A stretch of 64,000 nt of DNA from Octopus sinensis. Lineage: Eukaryota. Positions 40,442 to 54,957 of the stretch are shown here, piece after piece. Positions within the stretch are counted from its first letter, which is position 1. Each line of letters begins with the position of its first letter. The position numbers and the translations under genes were made by a program. The stretch spans positions 99,076,001 through 99,140,000 of the forward strand of contig NC_043006.1 in the NCBI RefSeq assembly GCF_006345805.1, in the 5' to 3' direction. Below the pieces are notes generated by a model that was given only the letters and a program-made list of their open reading frames with translations, did not search any database and had not been told where the DNA came from.

Positions 40442-41001
40442 AACAACAAACAAGATGAGGACAAATATCTGTCAATTGTATAAATAATATAAATGATGTA
40501 CATAATTCCTCATCTCTTAAATATAGAACTGTATGATGATCATCATTAAAATTTGGCCAAAGATAAAGTGTAATGCATTTTCAAGCGGTTTAACGAGTAC
40601 TTTAAAATATTTTGTCACTTTCCGTCGTTCGGGATTGTTAAAATTTATACAGTTTCTGATTATGACCAATGAATATTCCAACGTTTTACTGTGAAGGCAC
40701 CAAATATGACAGAATCTCTTCGACACTATATGTTGCTTGCATTATATTGGTAGATTATTCTACAAGTTGCCATTGATGTGAAGTGTAAACTCACTAAGCA
40801 CTCTTTGATATACTGAATAACCTGCTTGCTATGGAGAGGAGTTTCACGTATTTAATGATATTTGATTACGCCTTCAGTAATCTAATCTCAAACTATACAT
40901 GAACTAGGGAAAATAGGATGGTTGTTTAAAAATATTTTCGCCAAGCATGTATGGCTAACATATTACTTCAAAAAACTTGTACATCAGTTTCTTAGCAGTA
41001 C

Positions 41002-41044
<43 letters not shown>

Positions 41045-41046
<2 letters not shown>

Positions 41047-41164
41047 TTACGGCCATATCACATTGAAAGCACCGGTTCTCGTCTTATCACCGAAGTTAAG
41101 CAACGTCGAGCCTAGTCAGTACATAGATGGGTGACCGCTTGGGAAACATAGGTGCAGTAAGCAT
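41045..41164 (+). rRNA. 5S rRNA-derived sequence (full length, diverged, no T-run terminator)
   Basis: GCTTACGGCCATATCACATTGAAAGCACCGGTTCTCGTC..ATCACCGAAGTTAAGCAACGTCG..GATGGGTGACCGCTTGGGAA..GGTGCAGTAAGC is clearly metazoan 5S. Terminal helix GCTTAC/GTAAGC; A-box-like (41094-41108) and C-box-like (41124-41137) elements are retained. Confidence 0.9.
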
Positions 41165-41234
41165 AACACATTGCTAATGGCGGTGCCCCAGCATGGCCAC
41201 AGCTCGTGAGCTGAAACTAGATAGAATAAAATAT

Positions 41235-41238
<4 letters not shown>
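41045..41238 (+). mobile_element. 5S-headed SINE or 5S-LINE chimera with CR1-derived tail, inserted in (TA)n
   Basis: 41176-41222 matches the reverse complement of 10831-10877 at 43 of 47 nt; an A-rich tail follows. Confidence 0.8.
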
Positions 41239-41272
<34 letters not shown>

Positions 41273-42519
41273 CTACGGTGTTTGGCAATTCAGTACGATG
41301 CTGTGTTACTTTTATTTGTATCAATCTATACAATTGTCGCATATTTACAAACAAAATGCACCAACTTAAGGAAATAAGGTTGTAATAAAAATTCTAAGCT
41401 TAAAATCCAAGCTTAGATCTGTCATATGGCCAACCAGTTTGTAAGAAAGAACAGAAGACGAAAATATATGACAATTTCTGTTCAGCGGAAGAAAAAAAAG
41501 AACTGTACATTTCTTTAGAAATGAATAAGTAACACAAAACAGAGGTATATCGTAAAATAAAATATAAACAACTGCATTAAACATATAGTAGAACGCATTT
41601 AGTTGGCGGTAATACTGTGCAGACATTGCAAAGAAGGTCAAATCTGCATAAACAACTGTTCCTGTTGCATTGGTTACAAGCATAAGGGCAGTCACTTTAC
41701 AAGCAGCAATCAGCAAAAGGTGAAATAAATATAAAGGGAAAATTAAGAATAGGAAGGAAATGATGCAAATGTAGAAGATAATATATGCCCATCAGTTGGT
41801 GGCATTTTTCAAAACACAGAAACATAATAAGTATATTGAATAGCAACAAGAAAAGCAACGATAGGACTTCACGTTATGCTATACTTTTGCATATAATTCC
41901 TTCATCTGTGAATTAAGAAATGCATAAATGGGAGGAAACGCTGATAGATAGAAAAGAAATGTGTAAAGATGCAATATGAATGGAGCTGCTCATGCAAACA
42001 CGTGTGCTATGAATGGCATGCCTTATGGGACAATGGCGCAAAACACCCTGACAGCTGGATGATACAATAAGGGGACAACAAAGCATCGAGACAGATGATA
42101 CAAAAAAAGGGACAAGAAAAACACGGACGTCTCATTTGAAGTCGAGTTCCAGATTATCTTTGAAATTTCGGTTGGTTAAACACGAGGTTACTCCAATATT
42201 ACCAGCCTCAAGGGGAAACTAAGCTAAGCGCATTATATTCCTTGGAAGAAAGCAGCGGATGTATACAAAAACAAGGACGGAAAAAAAACGGAGAAATGTA
42301 ACACAAATACAAATGCAAATAACAGGATATAACAACAGGTGTCTTTCGACTAAGGACGAATTAAATTAAGCCGGCGTGTGTGGAGGTGAAGCCTTACGGC
42401 AGGGACATAAATGATAACAGGCAAGGGGAGGAATACAGATTTTGCACGGATGGTAGTCCAAACAAGAAGAACGATCACGTGGAAAGAGAGGAGATAGGTA
42501 GAGGCAGAGGGACATACAT

Positions 42520-43882
42520 ATATAGCTGTATATACAACTGTGGCCATGGGAACGAGAATGGACCCTAACTATGCGAACCTGTTCATTGGCTACGCTGAGA
42601 CACGAATATTCTCGTTTCACTGGTCCCACTCACGAACTATATATGGCCGTTATATTGACAACTGTATCGGTGCGACCTCACCCTCCCGCAAACACCTAGA
42701 ATCCTTCCTCTCTTTTGTCAAATCTTTCCATCTTGCCCTCCACTTTTCCTGCACTATCTCTTACTCTTCTGTCTCCTTTCTTGACATTTCGATCAGTATT
42801 AATCCCTCCAATCTCACCACCTCCATCCACTCGAAACACACAGGCTCACTCATATCTCAACTTCTCCTCCTCCCACCCTAGACACACCAAGCTCTCCATC
42901 CCCTGATCCCTAATCCTTCGTCTTCACAGACTCTGCAGTGACAACCATGACACTTTGAAACTCAGTCTCAACACCTCTTCATATTACGTGGATAACCCTC
43001 CCTATTATCCACACCGCCCTTGCCTGAGCACGTTCCGCGGACCGTGCATCTGCTCTCTTTCCCCCCGCACACGCACCGCCGTCTCCTGTTTGCCCTAACC
43101 TACCTTCCCATCACCCTACCTCTCCAACGCACTACTCTTCGAGCCTTCCGGCGACTCCAGTTCGACCCCTCCACTTAGCACATGTTCCCTAACCAAACCC
43201 ACAGCTTACGAGACCTCTTGGTCCACATCTTTTTCCCTAACCCAATCTCCCAACCCGTCTCGTACCCTTTCTCCCGCCCATGCTGTCGCATTTGCCCTCT
43301 CCAACACCACCCTCCTCAATGGCACCCATAATCAACCCTATCATATCACCGAATCCTTCAGCTGCACTTCTACCAATGTCATCTCCTGCTCCCTCTGCCT
43401 TTCTCTATACATCACAATACCACCACAGCACACAACACCATACCACACAACACCACATCACATCCCACCACGTCGCACAAACTCGCACTGACCACTTCCC
43501 AGCACCCACATCATCATCCACACACCTACAAATGCACACACGTACACGTCAAAGTCACCAGCCCTCTTCCACACGCACATATATGCTCTCTTATATACAA
43601 GCACGCGCACCTTTTGTTTGGGATCACCACTACTTTATTATCTCCCCTTCTTCACTAGTTCTCCAGTGTGACACCTCTGTTCGGCATTCGCCATGATAGA
43701 TCGCTAGCCACTTCTTATTCTTTATTTTCTGGGTTTTTTCCTGTCTCTTTCTGTGTTGCGTTCTGTGGAAGAGCGTATGCTCTAATCGTTAAAGACTTTT
43801 TCACTTCCCTAGCGTTAAACTAATACATCTGTTTGTTGTCTACACCACCAGTCTTCGTAATTTTTTTTGTGAATTCTCCCCA

Positions 43883-43887
<5 letters not shown>
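42520..43887 (+). mobile_element. Degenerate 5'-truncated Penelope-like element
   Basis: AMGTRMDPNYANLFIGYAE..YGRYIDNC..VSFLDISI (RT motifs) and ITESFSCTSTNVI..SCSLCLSLYI (GIY-YIG region). The 3' end runs into (TA)n, and the same 3' terminus recurs at about 4322-4380. Confidence 0.8.
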
Positions 43888-43936
<49 letters not shown>

Positions 43937-43944
<8 letters not shown>

Positions 43945-44246
43945 TAAGGGTAGAAATTGATATTTATCAATTAAGACCAGTGGTCTAGCATATTAAAAAA
44001 GAATCCGAAGATTAAAATATTTATATATACCAATTAAGGACTGAACACGAAAAGTGGACAGTCAACATGCTAGATATAGACGTCAAATCGCCATTCACCA
44101 CAAAAGATTATGTTCTCAGATCAAACTCAACACTATGGTTTTGTGTTGAGTTTGATCTGAGAACATAATCTTTTGTGGTGAATGGCGATTTGACGTCTAT
44201 ATCTAGCATGTTGACTGTCCACTTTTCGTGTTCAGTCCTTAATTGG

Positions 44247-44254
<8 letters not shown>
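43937..44254 (-). repeat. Fold-back insert: 112-bp perfect arms, 9-nt loop, about 85-nt tail, between (TA)n arrays
   Basis: 44022-44133 is the exact reverse complement of 44143-44254; the loop is TATGGTTTT. Confidence 0.95.
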
Positions 44255-44281
<27 letters not shown>

Positions 44282-47200
44282 TATACGTATGTTATATATT
44301 GTTATAACATACAGGAATCATCATTCTCGAGTACACAACTTATAAAACCTCGTGCACTGCAATTCGCAGAAAAAAAATAAAAATAAACGTGGAAGTACGA
44401 ATATTCCATTCTTAAACCTTCATACACACGCACACACACACACCCACAAATCCCCCACACACACAAACACGCGCGCGCACATACACACACACAAACGTGG
44501 AGAATGCCACGCGCAAAACTCTCTCACAAACAAATACTTACTGACCATATATTCCCGTTGCAGCTCAAATACACGTATATAACCCGTCGCGCGAATCCGT
44601 TAATCCATTGTTATTCACTCAATAAGCAATATATATAAACACTACTACACACACTTTTATCTATGCACTGAAACTTAAAGAGATACAAATTCACATGCAA
44701 AGGCTACAATCAACACATTTGTATGCGTACGTTGCTTATACATGCAATCACTGCCCTCACCAACAGGCACGTAAAGAAACATGCAACAAAATGCAATCAT
44801 CTTCAACTTACCTTGTATGTGCCCTTCGGTGCATGAAGATTATTGCCTCTCCCCAATAATATGTGGTAAAGAAATACGATATTTATTCCTTTCTAATTTT
44901 TCATTTTACTCTCTTCTATCAAATTCTCACTTTCAAAATGATATAAAGGTCGAGAGTGTGATAGATATTCTTAGTTGGTAAGATGTGGCATACAAAAGTC
45001 TTAATTACACACTAGAAATAACCTCAGATTAAAATAATAGGATTTATAACATTGTTGATTCGTATACAATCATGAATTAGCTGTAATATTGTCTCGTAGA
45101 AAATTTCGCAGCGAGATAAGTGCCTTAAAAATACAAGGCCTCGCTTACAACGCCAGAGGATCGTTAACTCAGTAGCAACTCAGCTTTCTGAGTGGCGAGC
45201 ATGCTCGAAATTCTGGGCCAACTTAGAAAAGTTTCTTCCAATATAGATATCGGTAAGCTAAATTTGGGAGAAAGCTACCCATACCATAAATAAGTGTGCA
45301 GTTACCTTGGTGATGAGAAAGTCACACGGGGCAAAGTATATCTCCGCTTTCAAATAGTGTGTACCACAACATTTATTAGTTGCATTTATCTTTACTTGTT
45401 ATGTAATATGTTTCAGGTATGTGTATTGGCGCTCTACTTCTGACGCAATCTATCTAAGTACCTCACGTAGTTAAATGCGCAGTTACATATGTCATGTGAC
45501 GAGCTGAACTGAATTTATTCAATTCAGATTACATCCCTAAGGAGAAGATGACTATTGTTAATAACAATTATTGTCAGAAATCGAAAAATGGCAACCAGTG
45601 GTGATTGGTGCCTCTGTCAATTGGGACTTAGGACGGCAAATACATGAATGTTTCTCTTTATCTTTATTACATCCCAATGAAACTAGGTCTAATGATTAAA
45701 TATCAAATTTCACAGCAGTTTCTGATTACAGAGTATATGCGCCTCATAGAAAAGATTGACTATCATTATAATTAAGAGGGCAGATGAGATGGTGATATCG
45801 ATTTATTGGTAATCTTAACACGATTGTAGTGCACCAAACTAGTTTCTGATAGTATAAGTGATATCATGTGTACTTTTACTATCTATTGCTACTTTACCCA
45901 CTGCTGTTGACTGCTTTAAACTAAGTGCTTATTGACAATACCACTTTCGGTGATTAATACAAATTCCTATAACTATACTTACTTATCACCATATCATTTT
46001 AAGCAATCAGCGAAATTCCAAGCATTCATGCAATGAATGTATTAGTAGTTTGTGTACTGAACGGGGTTCTAATGAGAGCGGATGTGCATACCATCAAGTC
46101 ATTTCTGGTATTGAACGGATCAATATTCAGAAATTTACAAATGGTCGTACCATGTCGATATCAAGCTGACCTTTTGCAAAACTGCTAGGAGTACAAAATA
46201 TTAGTGAAAATTGGTGGTTGCAGACAGTTTTGTAATCGAAGCATGTTATAGACTGGTGAAACAGCAACAGTAGCATTGGCAGGAGATTTAAAGAATATCA
46301 ATAGAAATAACAAAAATATTGAATTAAAAGAAATTCTATAACGATTATACGTAAGCAAAAAAAAAAGTAATATAATGCAAAATACTGAATTCAAAAAGTA
46401 AAGAGAGGTATTGTTTTGAATTAATTAAATTTCCTGAAAATAAATCATTGAATATATTGTTTGTGTGGCTAACGGCTATAAATTCATAGCAAATATTGCT
46501 GTCGGCTATAAATCATGAGAGGTGTTTCTTTTAATTAAAGAAATATAGCAACATTTTTAGTTGTTTTATGATCTGCAGTTTACTTTTTACACTTTGCTCC
46601 TATTGTTGCTAATGCAATTCATCCATTGAATATAATTCACATTTTTATGACTCTTCATTATTAACAGATATCATTGTGAATACAACTCAGTAAATATGTG
46701 TATCTTAACTATAACTTACTTATGAGACTGTTGTATAAATATATGTCTCTAAATCCGTATCCTGGTATATATAACGCCGAAGAATATTTAACGCTAGTAC
46801 AAACGTGATCGAGGCGGTTTATCTAAATAGAAAACTAATGTTTTGCTGACTGAAATCAAAGAAAACAAAATCATTTTCTCAACAGTTTCTTGTTGCTTGA
46901 TGTCTGGAAAGGAGTTATGCCAATCCCTTAAACTTAACCTGATTACGTCCTGTAAAAGGACATCTGCTAATTGTAAGCATTGGCGAAGTGATTGCTTTGA
47001 AAGTGTTGGTAATTTAGCTCTACCGCGCCGAAGTAGAAACGTTGCTTGGATGGGCTTCCCACTATTTCGACTACGAAATTTCATTCTCAAGGCATTGAAC
47101 AGCCCAAGATAATGACTGATTACACATAGCGGAGATGCTATTCTTGGAGGTGGTAACGTAATGTTGAAATGAAAACTTGTTAACCATGGCCACATACACA

Positions 47201-48444
47201 TGTATATTAAAATTCAAGGCAGATGAAGCAATGTATGATAGATTATAGGAACTTCGTAAGTCATATATTGATAATATCTATATATCCGTTTTATTATCTC
47301 TACATTTTCTTCGTGGTATTACATTGTAATAAAACACGGTATAATAGTTACTAAAGTGGGACTTAAGGAATTTACAAAACCTGAATAACCCTAAAAAGTG
47401 ATAAATATTTCAGAGCCTAGTGTTGCAATTTTTTATAATACATATGATTATGGGTCATCAATTCCATATTGTACATTCTTATTTCGAATTTCATATATGC
47501 TAAGATCGGTATTAAAAGTTCACTTCGTAATCGATTTACATATATACAAATACGTATTTCTTACGCGGTAACATGAAATTCTCCTGATGTTTCTATGTTG
47601 TTCTATAGATGTTAGTGGAACACCTGTATCTATAATTACGAAGAATATATAAATTGAAAAACCAAATGCAAATGGAATTGAACACGTTATTTATCAGAAG
47701 AAGATAAAATTTGAATTCCGGCGCTAAACATCGCTTACACTCGAACGGACGATTCAGTAGTTTATATAACAGAAACGCATGTACTTCTTATTAGTTATCG
47801 TCTGTAATACAACCGCAACTTCACTTGTATTGAGAAAACTCAAACACATCACGTTTAATCTTAATACATTTTTATGTATAACAATATCATCCATCACGTT
47901 GAATTAGTATCATTCAGGAACCAACCAAACATTGATTCAATTTCATAGCTGAAACGTATGGGATGATACATCGTAAATACAGATAACAGTTAGCAGATGC
48001 CCATATTGAGAAATGGCGAGTAAGATATCATCGCTGTCCATCTGATATCACCATTTACGGCTTTAACATTCACGATGTTATTTCAAATCACAATAATGTA
48101 CCGTAACATGTTGTGTGTGGAATAGAGTATCCTAACATTGCAGTAGTAGTGCTGGAGAGTTATAATTGTGTTGATGTAGAAAGAAACACATGTAAAACGT
48201 CCAGCGATAATGATGTTTCCCTAAAACAAAAACATAAATGTTAAACGCTATTAAATGATTTCTTGCAACCGCTGTTTTCAGAAGGTTTGTCTGGTGAATA
48301 TACTATGTTGTATTTTTGACACAGGCTTACACACCCGCGCACAAGATCACAAAAACATATACCATAAATGTCTCTCTCCCTCTCTCTCTGTACATATATA
48401 TATATAGAAACACGTATACACACACTCGCATACGTACTTATGCG

Positions 48445-48546
<102 letters not shown>

Positions 48547-48722
48547 CTGCATGTATATGTATGTTTGTATGTATGTATGTATGTATGTATGTGTGTATGC
48601 GTATGTCTATTATGTTAATGATATTGACGATAAATCATTTACGTCTTACCTCATCGTATACATTTCATTCTTCTATTGAAGCTTATATAATTGTGTAAAT
48701 ACCATTTTTTCACATCATTGTG

Positions 48723-48801
<79 letters not shown>

Positions 48802-50070
48802 GTATTTGTATATATGCGTACACATACATACATACATATTACATATGTATGTATCTATATATAACTGTATGCATGTATATTCGAACGCATATCTACACAT
48901 ACAAACACAAATATTGACGCATACATATTCTGGTAGTCTCATTCATAAAAAGGTCCATATCTAATTTGCATTGATCCTCTAACACGTGAAGACCCATAAA
49001 CAAAATTCCATTGATTAATACAGCATCGTTTCCTCGTAAGTTTCTGATATATGTTGCCCGCTTCTATTCGCTTGTTGTTCAGAGTGATTTGACAGAATAG
49101 AAATTTGTTATAAGCCAATTACTATTTCGTTCTGTGCATTGCAACATCTAAAGCAATCAGTGACGATCAAAATTTAGGGAAATGTTCATCACAACAGAAT
49201 TTGCAGTTGAGATGAATAAAGAAGTCTTGTTGAACTATAAATCAATCAAAAACTGAATATAAATTGATATCATGTCATCCCAAATAGGGGATGATTTATG
49301 GGTTCAGACGCTAAAAGTGATACTGATTTATGTATTTAAAGTAGATTATATTCGTTTATTCCACTAGTTCCACCTACCTACCAATCTAGAATCATACATA
49401 TATCGCCGCACACACATGCATACACTCACTAAAACGTGTGCTTATATACACATTCACACGTCTATAAATATGCAAAAACACGTTTACAGGAAACGTGCGA
49501 AACTATATATAGCATACTCACTTCTACATAACCAAGGAGAAATTTACTTGAGTTAATGCAAAATATAAAGAAAAAATTCACATAAAAACAAGCGTACAAT
49601 CATATATGAATCTGCGTCTGCCTGTGTGTGTATACTCATTCATATGTATTTTATATATGTATATATATAGATACATTGATACATAGATAAATAGAGAGAT
49701 AGTGGCGGGCTTGTATGCGTTAAAGATTCATTTTTAAATTACACAATACACGTAAAAATATAATTTCTATGGCAATTTATTTTGTGAAGGTGCTTGAACA
49801 TACTTTCCAATATTTTGAACCACTATCAAGAAAATTTTATGAAAGTATACATACATCGGTTCAGACGTTCATATATCCATACACAACAGGTACATACATA
49901 ACAGTCACCCCAGCACACATTTATAGATAGACAGAGAGACATATACCTAGATAGACTGACAGATAAATATGTATGTGATGTTGTATACGCGTATGTATAT
50001 GTATGTGTAAGCAGACACAGATGTATATGTATATATGTATGTGTATATATACATATGTGTATACATACAA

Positions 50071-50145
<75 letters not shown>

Positions 50146-50739
50146 ATATTATATATATATACATACACACACATACACGCACACAGTCACACACGCACAC
50201 ACATATATATATGTATGTATATACCTTATATAAAATCCGTTCTGTCTATCTATCTCTGTGTGTGTCTTCTCGGATCTCGGGCACCCTCCATCCGATGGCG
50301 CTCAAATTTGATATGAAAAACTTACAAAAATCGATTCCAGGTGAGAATTCAATCGATAAAGCCCTGTTTTGTCATGCTTTTCTTCCGTCAACCTGGACAT
50401 AACTGCATCTTCCATTTTTTGCTGTTTTTGTACTGCTTAAAGGCACGCTTCTTTTCTGCCAAGCTTACTGTTTAAGCCATGTTTGTGTTCCCCAGTCAAC
50501 AGCCTTACCATTACTGGTACTTTAAACCCTTCGTTTGCATATTTGTGTGAATAAAATCATTTTTCTTTGGAATATAAAAAAAGTCTATCTTTATTTCTTC
50601 TTTCGCTGGTGTCTCAAATTTAGGTTAAATCAGTGTTTCTCAAAGGGGAGGCCTATGGGACGGTCGGACAAGTTGTTTTGAGAAAATTTGATTTAAATGT
50701 TTGACAACTCAACACCGTCCATTTTGCTCGTATATATAT

Positions 50740-50811
<72 letters not shown>

Positions 50812-50960
50812 TGTATATTTATATATATATATATATATGTATATACATATATATGTGTGTATCTATATATACATACATATATATATATATATATGTATAT
50901 ACATATATATGCGTATATATACATATATACATACACATATATATATATACATATATGTAT

Positions 50961-51075
<115 letters not shown>

Positions 51076-51094
51076 AATATGTATAAACATATAT

Positions 51095-52130
51095 ATAGTA
51101 ATGGAATAGTTACTATGAAGAATTTTGTAGAATTTAGTGTATAAGGATGACCTCAGAGATTCTGAGGTTGCACCGCTTCAGCTGTGTTACCTTGAAGTAC
51201 TCTGTGTATTCCCGGATCTGGCATTTCCGTAGGTGTTTCTTTATGGAAGTGTCTGCCTTCATGCGTTCCTTAATGCATATATGTAGTTCTCCAGTCGTGC
51301 TTTCCATGTAGGATGCGCCACATTTACCACAGATGATCTCATATGCAACATAGGTCCTCTGGCACAATTAAGTGTCATTGACGGGGCCGTTCGACAAGGT
51401 GCCCTTCTCGGAGAATTTGAGACGCTTTGTTCTTGGACAGACTTTTTCTCAGAAATAGGCCGGTGTGCACCATCTGTATGTCCATGTCCTTCTCTGCTGA
51501 TTGCGTGTTGTATCGCTGCAGTAGTTCTGTCGTCAAAGTGTGGTACCTTTATGAAGCACGTGCCGGACTTAGGATTATGATGGTTCTTTCGGGGCTCATT
51601 GACTGTGATGTTCTTTAGGCGCCATTGTTTAGCTATAGATGGTGTTGACGGCTTCGTCGGTCACGTTGCTGCAAATATTTGTACGTGCAATATCGTTTCT
51701 CACGTATGCGGCTTTGGCTCTATTGGGTAAGGCTGATTGATACTGGACGAAAAATTTTCAAGCAGTGACTTTTCTGTAGAATTTGGTAAATATGGAGCCT
51801 TCCTCTGTGATCCTGAGTTAAAAATCAAGTAGAGAGAGGGTTCCGGATTCGTCTGGATGTTAAATCTTGAATTTAATGTTTATGTCGGTATTGTTGAAGG
51901 TCCGATGGATGTTAATGGCCTCATCCCTGGGGGACGTGATGATAAGGATTTTATCAACATACCTGGAGAAAAAGATGCGTGAGCGGCATGGGTTGAGTGC
52001 TGTGAATTCTAGTTTATCCATGTACGTGATGGCGAGCAGGCCTGAAAGGCTAGATCCCATAAAGTCTGGCCGAAAATCTGTTTGTAAATCACATCTCTAT
52101 ATTGGAAGTAGGTGTTACCAAATATAATGG
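51095..52130 (-). mobile_element. Degenerate Penelope-like element (RT plus GIY-YIG relic)
   Basis: MGSSLSGLLAITYMDKLE..SRYVDKILII (RT) and VAYEIICGKCGASYMEST..LHICIKE (GIY-YIG). Confidence 0.8.
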
Positions 52131-52458
52131 TTAGTAACTCTCATATGTCCGAGTGTGTGAGGCTGAAGAGCTGGATGTTGATGGATGGGGAGATAGGAGA
52201 AGGGAAATATGGAAAGGAGGAGGAGATTCAAGGGGAGTTAGGGAGTTAGGGAGGGAGAGATGAGGTGAGAGGAGGGAGCAAGAAGAAGTGGAGGGACATA
52301 AAGACGTGGTCTATGAGGATATCTAGGAGGGAGAGCGGGTTCAGAGGTGTAGAGAGAAACTACGTCTAAACTAAAAGGGTATTTGTTAGTTTTAAGTATG
52401 GATGAGTTGATATATTCACATATAGAGAGATAGATAGAAAGATGATAGATAGATAGAC

Positions 52459-52537
<79 letters not shown>

Positions 52538-53888
52538 CAGATAGATTGATAAATTTAAACAGTATATATTTATAATGAACGGGAGGAGACTAAATAGTCT
52601 GAGAATGTACTGTGGGTGACATAGAAGTACATTTGCCTGATATTATTTGCTTGTTTCTCCGTTACTTAGCCCGACCGTAACACTCCCACATGATTAGACG
52701 ACGGTGGAGATGGAGGGAAGAAAGGAGATTGGAAGGGTGGTAGTGGAGGAGGGAAAGGTAATGCTGAGTAAAATGTGCAATTTAATGGTGTACCAATCTT
52801 TTTTCTCCTTTACTTCGCCAGTCGGTAACGCTTTCACGCGATTAGTTGAAGGGAAAAACGAAGAGCGAAAGAAAAAGGAGAGAGAAAAAGAGGGTAAGGC
52901 GAAGAGTGGGAGAGTTGTGTATTAAATCTGTAAAACTGTGCATAAATTACATGAAGTGTAAATATCAAATACATTGAGAAATCATCGTATTCCAATTTCC
53001 TTCACTTTTAAATGATAAGTAGATGTGCGACAATCCTTCGATACAGACTACGCTTTGATACAGTCAGGCTACGATTTCAAATTTTTTGAATAAAGTTGTC
53101 AGAAATGGCCCAAAATGTTTACCGTTAATTCCGTGTAATATTCCGTTAGTTTTTTGTAAAATATGTACGAACGATTTTGAACCATTGACGACAACCATTT
53201 TCCATAAAGAAATATTCTAGTTCGTCTCTTTATATTTCGCGTTCCCTCTCTCTCTTTCTATCTCGCTCTCTCACTCCCCCTCCCATTCTGTATGTCTGTC
53301 TGTCTCTCTCTCTCTCTATTTATATATATATACATATATGTATATATATATATATATATATAAGAAAAAAGGTTTGAAAATGCAATTTAAACGATGTTTA
53401 TTTACTTAACCGGTTTCACTCTTTGGTAAAAGATTGTCAAAAGTAGCATTAAAAGTAACATTGAATAATATGGGTTCAAAAAAGTTTTTTACATAATTGT
53501 CACATTGAATATTATGCATTCCAAAAAGTTTTTTTACATAATTGTCACATTGGGTATTATGAATTCAAAAATGTTTTTTTTATACATAATTGTCACATTA
53601 CATGTATAAATATAGTGTTTGGTAACAGAGAAGTTCAATAGTGTGATGAGAATATTTGGAAAAATTGGCAGAAAAGGATAAAACAAATATATTATTGGAA
53701 ATTTGGTTGCGTTAATTATTGGTTGTCGCAAATTACATGTATATATATACAGTCTTTGGTATATATATACAGTCTTTTGACAGCAAAAATTAAAATGGAT
53801 TTTTTATACATCTCAGAATATTTTAAGTTGAAGGCGAGAATATGTTTTTACTGACCTGTTTGTTTTAGCAGAAAGGTTGAATTGAGAG

Positions 53889-54957
53889 TAAAAATCTCAA
53901 AGCGCGTAAGTTTGCCTTCTGGAATTTCATAAAAAATAACAACAAAGCTGACATTTATGAAAAGTGGCTCAACTCCACCCCTATCATCCTACCCAGAAAA
54001 CTACAAATAAAACTCATCCAAAATGAACTAGAAAACCAAAAAAACCTCAGGGAGAAACTAGCTTTTGAAAAATTCAAAACGGAAGTAGAACTCTTGCGGC
54101 TCAGAGCCAACGCCAGTGAAGAAAAATCCAAAACCCTTGACAATGAAATGCAGATTGAAATCTCAAAACACTGTGAAGGAGCACTCCTTGATGAAACCAC
54201 CAAACTCTGGAGAAAAAACCGCGAGGATGAAGAACTAACATCCCTCCAGCGAATGGAAAAAAACAGCTGGTTCGCCAATTATGAAACAGAGTTCACAAAG
54301 GAACACCTTTCAAGCAACCCATATTTTAAAATATCTACTTCAACTCACACCCCTCGCCAAAAACAAAGAAAACCAACCACAAAACACCGAACACACACCA
54401 CCCCTAACATCGACAACAACAACAACAGAACTTACAGACAGCACTACAATCCCATCAAAAGAACCGAGACACCCATTATCACAAGACAAAACTTTACCAG
54501 ACAACGTAGACCCCAACCCACACAAGAACCGTTCCAGATTCGGAGATCCTACCCATCACTTAGAAACCCATCTCTGAACTATGATTGTAGATTCCAACCC
54601 AAACCGCTCCTAACTCAGAGTTCTCCCCCAACATATAGGAATTCACTTCTAAACCATGAATATAGTTTCCAACCCACTCTAAGGAACCAACATTACACCC
54701 AGGACAAACAACCCAGACCCTGGAATAACCAAAACTCTTCCAGGAGGCCACACCAACAACCTAGACCCTGGAACAACCAAAACCTCTTCAACAGACAACA
54801 TATCAACGGGGGACAGAATCACAACAACCAAAACCTCTTCAACAGACAACATATCAACGGGGGACAGAATCACATACAGCAAAATACCGCAAACAGAAGA
54901 ACCCCCAGGATTCCTTTTTTAGGCAAGGGCATCAGTTTCCACGACACCAGATGGTAG
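53889..54957 (+). CDS. PLE N-terminal region (frame open from the inversion junction; 5'-truncated)
   Basis: The reading frame of ORF 54094-54957 stays open upstream to 53881 (KNLKARKFAFWNF..EKFKTEVELLR); contains N/Q-rich 48-bp tandem repeats. Confidence 0.75.

Noticed and set aside
41045-41164. Functional 5S rRNA gene
   Set aside because: Solitary, several substitutions in conserved positions, no oligo-T terminator, and fused to a LINE-type tail.
43750-43800. Hammerhead in the 3' repeat of the 42.5-kb PLE (GGAAGAGCGTATGCTCTAATCG)
   Set aside because: Both the CUGA and GAAA elements are mutated; at most a relic.
46794-47201. Overlapping ORFs as a host exon
   Set aside because: No recognisable motif and no supporting neighbouring exons.
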